From the NCBI RefSeq assembly GCF_006345805.1, contig NC_042998.1, positions 101,742,001 to 101,806,000 on the forward strand: a stretch of DNA of 64,000 bases, in the 5' to 3' direction. The translations under genes were made by a program, and so were the position numbers. Under the pieces are notes generated by a model. That model was not told the origin of the DNA. It saw only the letters and a list, made by a program, of their open reading frames with translations, and ran no database searches. The stretch comes from Octopus sinensis. Taxonomy: Eukaryota. The first letter of the stretch is position 1. Each line of letters starts with the position of its first letter. Below are positions 27,860 to 41,200 of the stretch, piece after piece.

Positions 27860-28830
27860 TCTATTTGACACCCCTGAGGTCGCTCGCAACTTTGCGAGCC
27901 AGTCCTTGAAGAGCAAAATATTCTATTTCTTCCCACGTATTGTGGGGAAGAAATTAACAGGAGCTTGGGTTTGTGGGCTGCCACAGGGCATTGAACCGGA
28001 ATGGATAGAGGACACTATCCACCGGTGTCTGGGTGGCAGTGGGCCCAAGCTTTTAAATGTGAAATTGCTGCCGGAGGCTGATTGGGTGGGGTCAAAAGCG
28101 GTTTTGACACTATGGACCCAATCTGCCACTAAAGACCTGATATTTCCGAATTTCCTGAAAATGGCCGGTTGCAGGTATCCAGTGATACTTGAGGGACGCC
28201 CCCCACCAAGTGTCACCTGTGCCTAGAATCCGGCCATATTAAGAACTATCCGCAGGACCAAAGTAGGGTCCTGGAGCAGTTAATAAAAGTAGTGCCCCTC
28301 CCCCTTTAAAGGGAGAGATGTTGGCAGTCGAGGAGACGGAAACATCCTCCAAAAAAAGGAAAAAGGGAGAAGGTGGGCAAATATGGTTGGCTACCGAAGG
28401 GATGGATAGCAGATCCTCCGGATAAAGCGAAGGAACTACACCCTCCCATAGCACAAGGGAGGAAAAAAGAAAAAAAAAGAAGAATGGGACATTGCCGGTG
28501 GTTAGTAGTACCCTGCTGGCATGTCCTGAAACCTCGTTGGCCCCTCCCAGTGTGATGAAGTATGATTTTGTGATATTCTTGCATAAGGGCGAGGTGATAC
28601 AGAGCTTTCTGAAGAAGCTAGAGAGCCGGAGGGAGGGGCTGCTGTACTGGTTTGAAGACCCGGATTGGCCTCCGCAGGTAACTACGGAGGTCATAACGGA
28701 GGAGGAGATTTTCCGGGTTATGGACTCCTTTCCCAAGGACCAATATAGGTTTGCCTTCTGGAGCTCCGGCTTGGAACAGCAGGTTTGCCTGCGGGAGGCA
28801 TATAGCCTGGTCGGGGAGGGAAGATAAGAA
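27860..28830 (+). pseudogene. Frameshifted ORF1 (gag-like, zinc knuckle) of a non-LTR retroelement
   Basis: FDTPEVARNF..VCGLPQGIEPEW, GRPP-KCHLCLESGH knuckle after a C-run frameshift, Lys-rich linker, C-terminal YWFEDPDW segment; GC-rich. Confidence 0.65.
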
Positions 28831-30817
28831 GCCTTAGCGCCCCAATTTGAATTTGTATTGTTTGTGTTTTTTTTTTATAAGAGGCTCAGCTCCACAATTT
28901 GTAAGGACGATTTCGTCCATTTTTGAACTGAGGTAAGATGTTCAATAGCTCATTTTGTTTTGATGTTAAAATGAAAGAGAACAATGTTTTCGAAAATGCA
29001 ACAATCGGCAGGCGTTGTTTGTTTCCTCCACCAACCATTTCTTTTATTCCATCATCATTGTGTCATTGTCCAGCCCGCAGCTACTACCTCTATGTACGGC
29101 TTTTATAGCCAATTAAATGAAATAATGGTAACTTGATTACAAACCACATGGTTCCAGATTCAGTCCCACTGCGTGGTCCCTTAGGCGAGTGTCTTCTACT
29201 CCAGCCTCGGGCCGACCAAAGCCTCTTACGTGGCTTTGATAGATGGAAAATGAAAGACGCCCGTTGTATATATGTATGTGTGTTTGTACCAATGCTGGGG
29301 TGTTTACGTCCTCGTAACACTAGTGGTTCGGCAAAAGATACCGATAAAATAGGCACTAGGCTTACACAGAATAAGTCCTGAGGTCGATTTGTTCGACTAA
29401 AAGTGGTGCTTCAGCATGGTCGCAGTCAAATGATTGAAACAAATAAAAGTCTAAAAGAGTTATAGCCGGGGCAAAATGAGTCATTTGTGATGTCTCATTT
29501 TCTTCCTACATGTTTGAGACCATTACATTGCATGTATGGCATCATCAATTTCAACTGATGTAACACCTTTGTAAAAAATAAAAAGTGGTCAGCATAGCTG
29601 TTGTTGTTCAAAGTTGAGAGTCTGAATCACAGTCAAGAGACAGGTACTTATTTTTGACCAAATTTTCCCTCAACTTTGACCCGAATGTAATCGAGGTTGC
29701 TTATAAAATATCTGGATAACTTTTGGTAATTAACAATCAATATTCTTTTTTTTTTCTTTGATTGCAAATCAATTTTCTCCACACTTATGTCTAATTTGAT
29801 AATTTAAAATTTTCAAAATACGAGAAATGTCTAATTTCAATAGTTTCTTCTTTTTAACTCAATGGTGCGTAAATAGATTATGAAGAGAACCATGCCAGCA
29901 AATCGTGAAAAAAATATAGAGAATCTTCTATTGTGGTACGTAGATTTAGTTGCCCTTTTCCCCATTATCATATTTCAAGTTGACCTGGAGTTTTTAAAAT
30001 TCTTGCTCATCCTTTTGATGTATGAGTCTTTTCTCAAAAATATAATTCTGAAGAATTGAAGAATTGAATTAACTGATCTTTTTATATTCAGTTGCCCTAG
30101 CTACATTTTTCTTCTATATGCTCAAAGAGAACGGAGATAGTTTTCTGAAGTAATGTTCAGATTATGATATAATGTTTTTAATGCATTAAGAGAATATCGT
30201 TTGCTCAGTTGATACAGATTCTGTAAGTAGTGGACATTTAGAGAAAATATATTTTTTCTCAGTCAAAAACACGTTAAATATTACTCATTGTGCCTCGCGA
30301 CTTATATATGTGTGTGTAGTGGGCGGTGTTATGAGGTTGAATACACCAACTTACCAGGAATATAATGCCAATAAATTATATATTGGAGCTTTCAGCAGTT
30401 ATTTCATAAATAATTTGAGATAATTTGCATATGAATAGTAAATGACGCCTCAAAATGGCCTGAATCAGCTTCGTGATAAAATTCTGTGTATATGTTTGTT
30501 GAAGAACCGAGGGGAATCACTGATAATGAATTCAATTAATAAATTAATATGCAGTATAAGTAGAAAGACAAAACAGATAAGTGAATTTGAAATTAAGTAG
30601 AAACCCACATGTAAAAATTTCCTACAGCATTACAAGATATCCAAACATTTACAAGATGATAAAAAAAAACGAACAAAAAAGAAGGGATGTATTGCTCCCG
30701 GGCTTATAAAAAACTTCAGAATTAAATTCGAACACTTAAATGATGCGCTGTGACATTAATCTGCTAAAAGACGTGAGAGGAAACTTTAGGGATATGGGAG
30801 AAATATATATAAATACA

Positions 30818-30864
<47 letters not shown>

Positions 30865-30893
30865 TCAGTAAAAACAATTAAGATTCAAGTGAG

Positions 30894-31447
30894 TTCCAAT
30901 GAATTCACATGAATGCGGTACTTAACTTAGATGCACCAGAAATCTATATGCTATTAACCATAAAATAATGTGGGGTGATTATAAACAAGAAAAAAGCAAC
31001 AAGAATGGATTAGTTGTTCAGTACAATTGTTTCATATTGCAGCAAATACAAGTGTCCCGTATGGATTAGTTGTTCAGTACACTTGTATTTGCTGCAATAT
31101 TTGCAGCTTTTAATAAAGCTGTTCTTCGTATGAAACAATTGTACTGAACAACTAATCCATTCCAATGAATTCACATGAATGCGGTACTTAACTTAGATGC
31201 ACCAGAAATCTATATGCTATTAACCATAAAATAATGTGGGGTGATTATAAACAAGAAAAAAGCAACAAGAATGGATTAGTTGTTCAGTACAATTGTTTCA
31301 TATTGCAGCAAATACAAGTGTCCCGTATGGATTAGTTGTTCAGTACACTTGTATTTGCTGCAATATTTGCAGTTTTAATAAAGCTGTTCTTCGTATGAAA
31401 CAATTGTACTGAACAACTAATCCATTCTTGTTGCTTTTTTTCTTGTT

Positions 31448-31450
<3 letters not shown>
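30894..31450. repeat. 266-bp near-perfect tandem duplication with nested inverted segments
   Basis: ttccaatgaattcac at 30894 and 31160; internal segments appear in both orientations. Confidence 0.95.
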
Positions 31451-31511
<61 letters not shown>

Positions 31512-32394
31512 GCATATATAAACGCAGGAGTGGCTGTGTGGTAAGTAGCTTATATATATATTTAATCTAGAGATAGTAGGCCCCTTCATCTCACAATATA
31601 AAAAGAATTTTTATTTTGAATAGCTTCTGTTTTATTACTTAGCTACACCCGTTTCGTGAGGTACATCCGGTTCCTAAACCACTCTGTGTTTTCCAAGAAC
31701 CCGTCTTAAAATTTAACCCCAATCATCAGGCCCTTATATTACTTTATCAACGTTCAATACAATAAACTATATCTTAATTTTTAAAGCCTTTAAGTATGTG
31801 TAAAATAGGTATGTTTAAATTTGGCTCGCTGGACGCTAGAGTACAAGCCATAATTCAGAAAAAAATTCAAATAAAAATAAAATAAAAATGAAAAGTTACA
31901 AACATAAAAGTTACAAAACTAAAATAAGGAATAAAAATGCTAAAAAATATACGAAATTTTACAAAAATTATTTTAGTAATATATAGTGTTCCAAATAAAA
32001 TTAAATTTACAAAAACTATGTTAGTAATATATATAAAAATATATTAAAAAATGTGAATAAAAATTAAAGGAACGGCAAGAAAAAATATATACGAATAAAA
32101 ATAAAAGGGATGGCACGAAAAATATACACGAATAGAAATTAATAAACACGGAGGCAATGGCGAATAAATAATTTCGAATAAGAGCTATAGTACCAATTGC
32201 GAACTGCAAAATTTCCAAGTGATTCGAATGGTAACTTTTAAAAATTACAAAATAAAATAAAATAATTCTGAACCCCCACAAATAGCTCTCGAACTTGTAA
32301 CACCTAGATCTAGAAACTTCTGCTGCGCCTACAGTGTTCACTGTAGTATTTTCGTAAAGAAAGACTATGCCCTTACGCTAGATGCTTCAGGTGG

Positions 32395-33120
32395 ATCATT
32401 GTGTTTAATTCTTCCAGCTGGTCAAAATACACATCTTAACTGATGGTTCCGTGGTGGAAAGAAACTTGTAAAAGACAACCCCTTCCCGACTATAACTTTC
32501 TTCGAGTTAAGTCCTGCTTTGGAAGTTGTTTCTGGTAGCTCTTCGCGTCCCCCCCCCCATTATATTCTGCGCTTCATATTGATGTAGACGATCCATTTTG
32601 TGTCCTTTGTTATCGTTCCTTTGAAGCCAGAATTGCTTTCTTTCCTTTTCTGCAATGAATTGCAGGTAGAAATACTTTGGGTTGGGTTAGGTTAGCCTCA
32701 AACAATATATATGGGACCCAAACATCAAGCCTGCTGACGTAATCAAGTTGATGCAGATGGCTTTCAACACTCGATTTGGATATATAGAGTAAATCTGCGA
32801 TCATCCTGGTCGAATTATGGTGGTTAGCTTCGCTGTTAATCTCAGATGACCGGCCACATTGAGGGTGTCTTGAATAGAAAAATTTCCCGATTGAAATCTT
32901 GAAAACTATTTGTGGCATACGCGTTCCGTTAGACCTTGCTTTCAATACACAAGGAATAGTTTCTTGCAGCTATACGCCACTTTCTTGGCTTTTCTAAAAT
33001 GTAAAATTGTTGATGTGTCAATAATGTTCGTTTTGGTTCCTTATTTTCAGCGTCAACCCAAGCACATAAAATCTGTCACGTCACATATTCCCGTCGAAGT
33101 ACGTTGAAGTGTTAAGTGGC
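32395..33120 (-). mobile_element. Mariner (Mos1-like) transposase relic
   Basis: STRMIADLLYISKSSVESHLHQLDYVSRLDVWVP, KWIVYIN, TSKAGL, DVYFDQLEELN. Confidence 0.85.
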
Positions 33121-33551
33121 TAACTCCCTCCTCTTCTTCTTCTTCTTCTTCTTCTTCTTCTTCTTCTTCTTCTTCTTCTCTTCTTCTTCTTCTTCACCGC
33201 CTCCTTTCTCGGCTAGTGCTGTTTAAAGAATCAAAATCAAGAACTTATATATCAAATATTCTTTTAGGACTGCTACTACCTACTACATACTGCCAAACCT
33301 CCACAAGAACAAAACAGAGTCAGAGAGGAGGAAAATGTCCCTTGGATTTGAAAACTACGGAAATATTATAAAAAAACCATTTCACTTAATTTTTCCACAA
33401 TGTAATTGAAACAATACAAACCGGTATTAAAATGTTTTTCATGATAAAATTATTTTAGCATTTTCTACCTTGTCATATTTTCCTTATGCATATCAACACG
33501 TGTGTTCCTTTTTCAAAATTCTTCACATACACACACACACACACACATACT

Positions 33552-33590
<39 letters not shown>

Positions 33591-33726
33591 TAATTACAGG
33601 TTCTGTTAACCTAAGGAAAGGATGGTTTTATCCAAGTAAATACTAGTTCAATACCTAGTATGTTTTGGGAATGAATTTTCTTAAAATAACAGGTGTATAT
33701 AAAACCATATAGTTCATATTCATATA

Positions 33727-34102
33727 AAAGAAAAAGAAAATGGAGATTGGGAAATTAATAATTCTTTGTTATTAACAGCAATTTGGTGATCTTCTCTTAC
33801 AGCCGTTTCTACTAATACTTAGTAAACATTAAATTCATATTTATGTAACGTGAGCATAATACCATCAGAGGAAAAAAAGATGTTCCTATGGATGCTTTCT
33901 GTGTGCTTGTGAATTCATTTTAGCAGAAATGAATTCACAAACACACAGAAAGCATCCAAAGGAACATCTCTTTTCCTCTGATGTGGCATAAATGTGAATT
34001 TATTGTTTACTGAGTTTTAATAGATACGGCTGTAAGGGAAGATCGCTAATTCGCTGATTGTAATAAACAATTATTAATTTCCCAATCTCCATTTTATTCT
34101 TT
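33727..34102. mobile_element. About 375-bp palindromic MITE-like element
   Basis: Arms aaaatggagattgggaaattaataat..gtgaattcattt and their mirror around a 6-nt loop at 33921-33926. Confidence 0.85.
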
Positions 34103-34141
34103 CACACACACACAAACATGCACACACACAGACACATATAT

Positions 34142-34740
34142 ACAGGGTACAATGGATAAATTGTCACCAATTTATATGCTCAATTTCGCGCATGCGCATT
34201 ATATATTTTTTATTTTGTTGCCTCCACAGCATAGTAGCGTCAGTTGGGCACCTTCTGTGAGAAAAACAGCACCATGATGCAATTCGCTCTGCCAAGAATT
34301 TGGGAATGGCACGCTGTAGTGCTTGGCATTCGTGGCAAAAGCTCCAATATGAACATTTCAGAGTATCTTGGTGTTAATCTGATGACATGTACCAAGAGTG
34401 ATAAAAATCAAACATCCAGTGATCATTAATGATGGCGACGTTATGCCTCCCTTCATCTTCCCACACGGCTTCACACTCAACACGGGGTCTTACATCAAGT
34501 GCCATGAGGAGGTAGTACTGCACTGGTTCAAGAGGGTGGTTGCTGGAACACCTTGTGCTTGGCAACAAGACTCTGCACCATGATACACCAACAGAAGAGC
34601 CCAGTCATGGCTGTCAGACAATTTCTGCGACCATATTACCCCTAATATCTAGTCACCTAACTCCTCAGACTGCAACTCGCTTGATTATTATATGTCTAGT
34701 CAGTTGAGCGAAGAACTAACAAAACTGCTTTCTATATTGT
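34142..34740 (+). mobile_element. Tc1/mariner maT (DD37D-type) transposase relic
   Basis: TA-cagggt end; DGDVMPPFIFPHG..WQQDSAP..SPNSSDCNSLDYY. Confidence 0.8.
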
Positions 34741-34849
34741 GTCCACATTCTAGCTTTTTTTTCTAATTTTTTATTATATTTCTTATATATTTTCTATATA
34801 TATTTTACATATTTATAGAGATATTTGTTTATAGTTTCAATGCTCATAT

Positions 34850-35620
34850 AAATTTGTTCACACATAATTTTTCCGTATTCTACCTTCCACCCTGAATTTT
34901 TCCTTAGCATATGTAGACGTGTATATGGAATTTTTGTGCGCGCGTGTGGTTATGTGCGTGTGTGCAGGTATGTGCGTATATAGACCTGTGTGTGCGTATA
35001 TAGACATGTTTTACTCTTATTGCTTAATTTTTACGTATTTTTACACACTTTTTTTTACATTTTCCGTATTTTGCCTTTAGCCCTGTTTTTTCTTGTGCAT
35101 GTGCGTATTAGATGTTTGTATGAATCTTTTTTGGTGCGCGCGTATGTGTGTGCGTATATAGACGTGTGCGGGTATGTGCATATATTAGACGTGTGTGTGC
35201 GTGTATGTGAGTATGTGCATATATAGATGTGTTTTACTCTTAGCGCTTATTTTTTTACACATTTTTCACGCATTTTTCCGTATTGTGCCTTTAGCCCTGT
35301 TTTTTCCTATGCATGTGCGTATACAGATATGTGTATGAATCTATTTTTGTGTGCGTGTATGTGTGTGTGCGCATATAGAGGTGTGCGGGTATGTGCATAT
35401 ATTAGATGTGTGTGTGTGCGTGCATGCGAGTATGTGTATATATAGACGTGTTTTACTTTTACTGCTTATTTCTTACACTTTTTTCACACATTTTTCTGTT
35501 TTGTCTGTTTTTTCTGTATTTTGACTGTTTTTCTTGTGCAGGTGCGTATATAGGCGTGTGTATGAACCTTTGTTGTGTGTGTGTGTGTGTGCGTGTGTGT
35601 GTGCGGCGTGTGTGTGTGTG
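34850..35620. repeat. Degenerate tandem repeat, about 190-215 bp unit, around 4 copies
   Basis: ttttccgtatt anchors at about 34868, 35060, 35274 and 35491. Confidence 0.75.
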
Positions 35621-36569
35621 CGAGCATGTATTCAGGTATGTATGTATTTTTGGCGAATGTGTGGGTGATCATATGTGTGTTTCAACTGAGGATGGATGAG
35701 TATATACATACAGGCGTATGTTCGTAAGTGTGTGGACGCGCATGTATATGCATGGACATGTGGACTTACGCGATTACTATGAACATTTTTACTCCCTTAC
35801 CTTTACTCCCTCCCCTTACCTAGCGGTCATTCTAATAGCTCTTTTGTCTGAATAACGGTCAGTGACACAGTAATTTCCCTTTATTTTGATGGTCATTTTC
35901 ATTGCATATATATATATATTCATCATGGATAACTTTTATCTTATTTTTATTCTAGTGATGACCACATCCTCCCGCCTTTCCTTATCTTTGCATCTTATAT
36001 GCTAAAATTGATATCCTGAAAGGTTATCTAACCCTTGTGAGGAAAGGTGTTTATTTACAAATATGCTAAGTATACAATAAGAAGGGAAAGAAGAAGAGAT
36101 AAAAAGGAGAAAAAAGAAAAAGGCTTTGTAATGAAGTTTCAGTGGTTCGACCACATCAAATTGAAAGGAATCCTCTTTCTCTCCATCTCTATTTATTTAT
36201 CCATCTATCCTTCCCCCATCCCTTATTTTACCTATTTCTCTTTCTTGATTGTCCTGAAAACCCACCCTTTCTCTCTGTCTATTTTCCCCCTTTTTTCTTT
36301 TCTTTCTCTCTTTCCCCTTTTCCAGAGAATAAGACCAAAATATATTTTCCCCCTCTTCTAAACAAAGCAAAAAACATCCGATTCATATAAATAAATAAGA
36401 GGACGTTCTGTTTTATCATTTCAATTTTGTCTTGAAGAGTTGGATAAACGAACGAAAGCGCTAATAAACAATTATTCAAAATTCTGACTACCTCCTTCTC
36501 AAGATACACACACATACACACACAATTATATAGATATATATATATATACATATGCGTGTGTGTGTGTGT

Positions 36570-36870
<301 letters not shown>

Positions 36871-37294
36871 TCCACCCACACGCCTACGTACGTAAAGTAT
36901 TAAGTTTCCTGGACAGAAGTGGTATGAGGCAGTTTCAGAACCGAATTTACCCGGAAATTATTTTGGAATTCGAAATTTCCAACTCCGTTGCAGGCGTAAA
37001 CGAAAAGCTTGCGGCAAGGAAACCCGAATTTACAAATTTGTTAATATTTTTCTGACTCAATAATAATTCGCCACTACTTTATAGCACAGATAAGTAGTAT
37101 ATTTACTTTTGCTTACTTTATCTTCGATCATTCATACATACATGCATACATATGTACAGATGCATTCAAACATACGTACATACAAACGCAGGTTATTGTA
37201 TATGCATACATTCATATACATACATAGGTATAAATATGCATGCATGTATATACGTATTTATGTATGTATGTATGTTAATGTCAGGTCACTTTCG

Positions 37295-37820
37295 AGTGCT
37301 ACTGGTAACAGGTAACCCAGTACAACCTGTTGCATGGTCGGGTCGTCGGTGACTGAACCGGCAACCCCACCAAGCTTGCTTGGTGGGTAGGGTGTTTATT
37401 GGACACCCTCCGGGATGAAAAACAAAGCCCGTCAAATGGCGGAGGAACTCTTGAGAGTCAACGGCCATCCTATATATGTCTTAATGCTGTATCATGCGCG
37501 GGGACATAGAAATAATCGGACTGAATACCCGAACGCGCGGTTAAACCATTGGGAGTGAAGGACTCCTAGCCTTTGTTAGGGCATCCTTCTAGGAGAAGGT
37601 AACTCAGATAACTGGGATAACTCCGACATAAAACCTGCGGCTCAGTGGTTACCGATGATGTTGATTTGTTCTTCTTTTGGATTATGGCTGATGTTGCTTA
37701 GTGAGTGGGATTGACTCAGTGCATAGCCTTTCTCACTTAAAAAAATCTTCTTGCACAGGCATTGCACGATAACAATATTAAGCTTTATGCAATGGCCATA
37801 CTCGATAACGAGGGGGCAGC
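37295..37820 (+). mobile_element. Isolated 5' UTR of an RTE-type LINE, highly structured
   Basis: agggcatcc..ctaggagaaggtaactc motif typical of RTE 5' UTRs; multiple hairpins; no ORF follows. Confidence 0.5.
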
Positions 37821-37979
37821 CACCGCATGTATGTATGTATGTATGTATGTATGTATGTATGTATGTATGTATGTATGTTTGTATGTATGTATGTATGTAT
37901 GTATGTATGTATGTATCTATCTATCTATCTAGCTAGCTATCTATCTCTATATCTGTGTGTGTATATACATGGATAATAT

Positions 37980-38200
37980 TTGGGTGTTGGGGCTGAAGAG
38001 TTCGTGGCTTTAAGGGTATCGCAAAAATCCTTGCTGTAGGCCTGAACTTCCGAGATCTTTTACTGGGCTTAGTGAAAATGATGGGACGTTGCAATAAGCG
38101 TGTGAATCCTAGAGGGGAATGTGTTGACGAAAATCAAAATTAACTGATCCTCCTCTATTTTCTTTTACTCAAAGCCAGGAACTTTTTAGCACTCCCTCGT
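37980..38200. mobile_element. Short non-autonomous mariner-type element
   Basis: Homologous to 14714-14930; aaagccaggaactttttagcactccctcgta right end. Confidence 0.65.
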
Positions 38201-41200
38201 ATGAATACATATATGTGTGTGTGTATGTGTGTGTGCGCCTGTGTGTGTAAATGTGTGTGTGTGTTTGTGTATGCATAGAATGCTGTTTTCTTGTTGTGAA
38301 GATAAGGAAAGGAATTCAACTCAGCAAGAGCAAATACTTAAACAGGTCTATTTTTAGGTTTAGTTCGTGTTTTTGCTGAGAGTACGATATCTTCTCTTTA
38401 ATTCCTCTGTAGACAAGTTCACAATTGTAGCAGGACGTTGCCTATTCTAAAATGTATTTAGTGGAAGACAGTTCGAAAGTCTTACTATTAATGAAAGCTA
38501 TAAGATTTTCAAAGATTAAATCTAGTGTATCAAGACACTCTGTCTACGAACCCAAGTTTTTCATTTGGTTTATTGTAAGGCTTCTCAGTATAAAAGTTTA
38601 TGTCCAGGGAAACATTTAAGAAGTAAACTTCAGTGGGATTTATAATTACTACGACTTTAAGGTTTCTAAGGCCAAAGACATATATGTGGTTTTGCCTAAA
38701 GGTAACTACTGTATGGACCAAAAATTCTGCTGTACAATTCTAATATATAACTCGGTATGAACTAATAACATGAACGGGGAATTTGATTTTTAGGATATCG
38801 ACTATAAATCTTTGCTAAGTTTTATGTCACTTATATCAGCACTGTGAAATGAAATCATCGATACGTCAAACAGTTTATGTTTCAGAATACTTACTAAAAC
38901 GGAGAGCCTACGTACATGCATGATTAACTCAACTTTTATTTGAGTATTGGTGATATATTTTCTGAGGAACTACATTGCTTTATCCAGTAATGGTTTTGCG
39001 AGAAATATCAAAATACGTGAACTTAACTTAGACTTACCCTCTATAGTGTGTTATTTTTCAACTCATAAATAACTCAATAATTAATGCTTCTTATTCTTTG
39101 GGTAATCATCTTAGCTCGATCTCAGCGGGCTGGGCTTTATAATTCTGCAGATTGGCATGCTTGTAAAGGGGTGTGTGTGATTCTTTAATGTTACAACGTC
39201 TTTACATTTAGCTAAACGTTCTACCTCAAACATCCATTTTACTATACTTTGCTAGGAGTTTTAGCCTCAGCATAGCGATCTTTATTAGCGACCATCCTTT
39301 TATATATATTCATTAGAAATACTTTCAACAACCAGCTTATCCTATTTTCCATTTCTAACATCGTAACAGTTATCATTAACCTTATGGGAAATAACCAATA
39401 TTTTAATTTTGTACGCTTTTGAAGGTTCTAATATCAGTTTTACTTTTAAAATGAAAAGGGTTACATTGCTCATGGGATTTAATGTTGGTGGCCTTACCTA
39501 ACAGATCGGTTTGAAAGGGAGCAAAATCGTTTACTCTATGTCTTTCAGTCATGGCATCTTTTAGCGATAAGTGTCATCTCCGCATCAAAATGTAGAGCCT
39601 TGCAGCGCACTCCTTTCTCGAGGTCTTCGACATAATCTTGCAGTATGGTATAATTCCATTTCTAAATTTTGTTTATTTAACATTTCGAAGCCTTAACCTG
39701 TGGCCAATTTTCAAGTATATGGGGTATAAGTCCGTATCAATTTGTGATGTAAATCCACGTACCGGAAATTATGTAGTGTACTGTTCGCTTATTGATTTCA
39801 TCAGGAAAAATAAGAAGCTCAGGTCAGCGAGTGGGAAATATCAGTTTATGAATACAGAAGTTACACGTGAGATACTTCATGTTTTATACCCTGGAAGTGC
39901 AGTATCCAAATGGCCTTGTGTAGCGTACCATGAACGACCCGGCCGGCATTCATTCAAGTTCGTATAACAGGGCTTCTTTGTGAAGAAATACGAGATCAAT
40001 GAGGTAAAACGTTAAGAATTGCTTTATGAGGCGTCCTCCGACAGAGGTGTACTAAAGCTGTTGCTTTCAACCACAAGAAATGGAATGCTAATATTATTAC
40101 AATTTAAAGTTTATCTGTACAGATTTTTTGAGAATTAATAACCAGCACTGAAGGTTACGACCGTACTGCTAACACAAAATAAAGCACAATATTCACTTGT
40201 AAACTTTTAATATACTTGGCAGTATATTATTGTAGCATAAGGAAATACTGTGTCCTTTCTTTTAAAAACCTCATACGTTTTTATCATAAGCTGTCCGTCT
40301 GGGTGCATTCTGTTTTATCAGTTCAAAGAAACAAGGCTGACATTTACCTATTATACGACGCTTTCGATTTCTATGTTTATAGAACACTGTGTATTTGGCG
40401 CGTGCTTTCTAGGTTTGATTGGATAATGCATACCTAGAGAGAATATCACAGTGGAATGAAGGGCAGTGTCGTCTGCCTAACAAACGTTGTTGCTGAATGT
40501 GAAGGCCTCTAGGCCATTCATGTTGAAAGAATAATGTGTAGAGGCATTATGAATTTTCAGTGCGCACGATAGTTGACAGAGTCAAGAACAGAAAGAGCTT
40601 TGTCAATATACGCAGTGATTATGCAATCTCATTAGTATCTACTTATCCAACAAATAAATATTACATACACACATTTATACATACGTATACACATTTAATG
40701 ACAACAGGAGTTATATTGAAATTCTTCAAGTTTTACGCTCGGAAAGTGCGGTTTTAGGACGGGCTTGTATAGCATACCGTGCACAATTCGTGCAGAAATA
40801 TGTTAAAGAAGGAGAAATACACGAGAAAAATTATTTAAAAAATGTTTAGGAACATTCTCATGTGTTTTAAAGTGTTCTTCAAAGAGGATATGCCAAATGT
40901 CTCCCTTTCAACAGCAAGTAAAGAAACGTTATTCTTATCAAGAAATTATCGTCGCAGCTCGGCTAAGATCGTTTTCTCTTCAGTGGCAGAAGATACGTTA
41001 AACCCCAACATTTATTGATATTCTGCTAAAATCAAGGAATTACTACAAGAAAGAATTGCTTCCTCATATGGAACAGTGATGCTGCTCTTTTTTCACCGAC
41101 AGAAAAGAGCCGGCAAACTGATTAGAATAAATCCCTCATAGAAATATTCCAGGCTCTGTCCCATATGTGTAGCATTTCCGCCCTCTACATTTTATAACGC

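Noticed and set aside
30894-31450. CRISPR-like repeated 20-mers
   Set aside because: No unique spacers, no cas genes, eukaryotic context; explained by duplication and inversion
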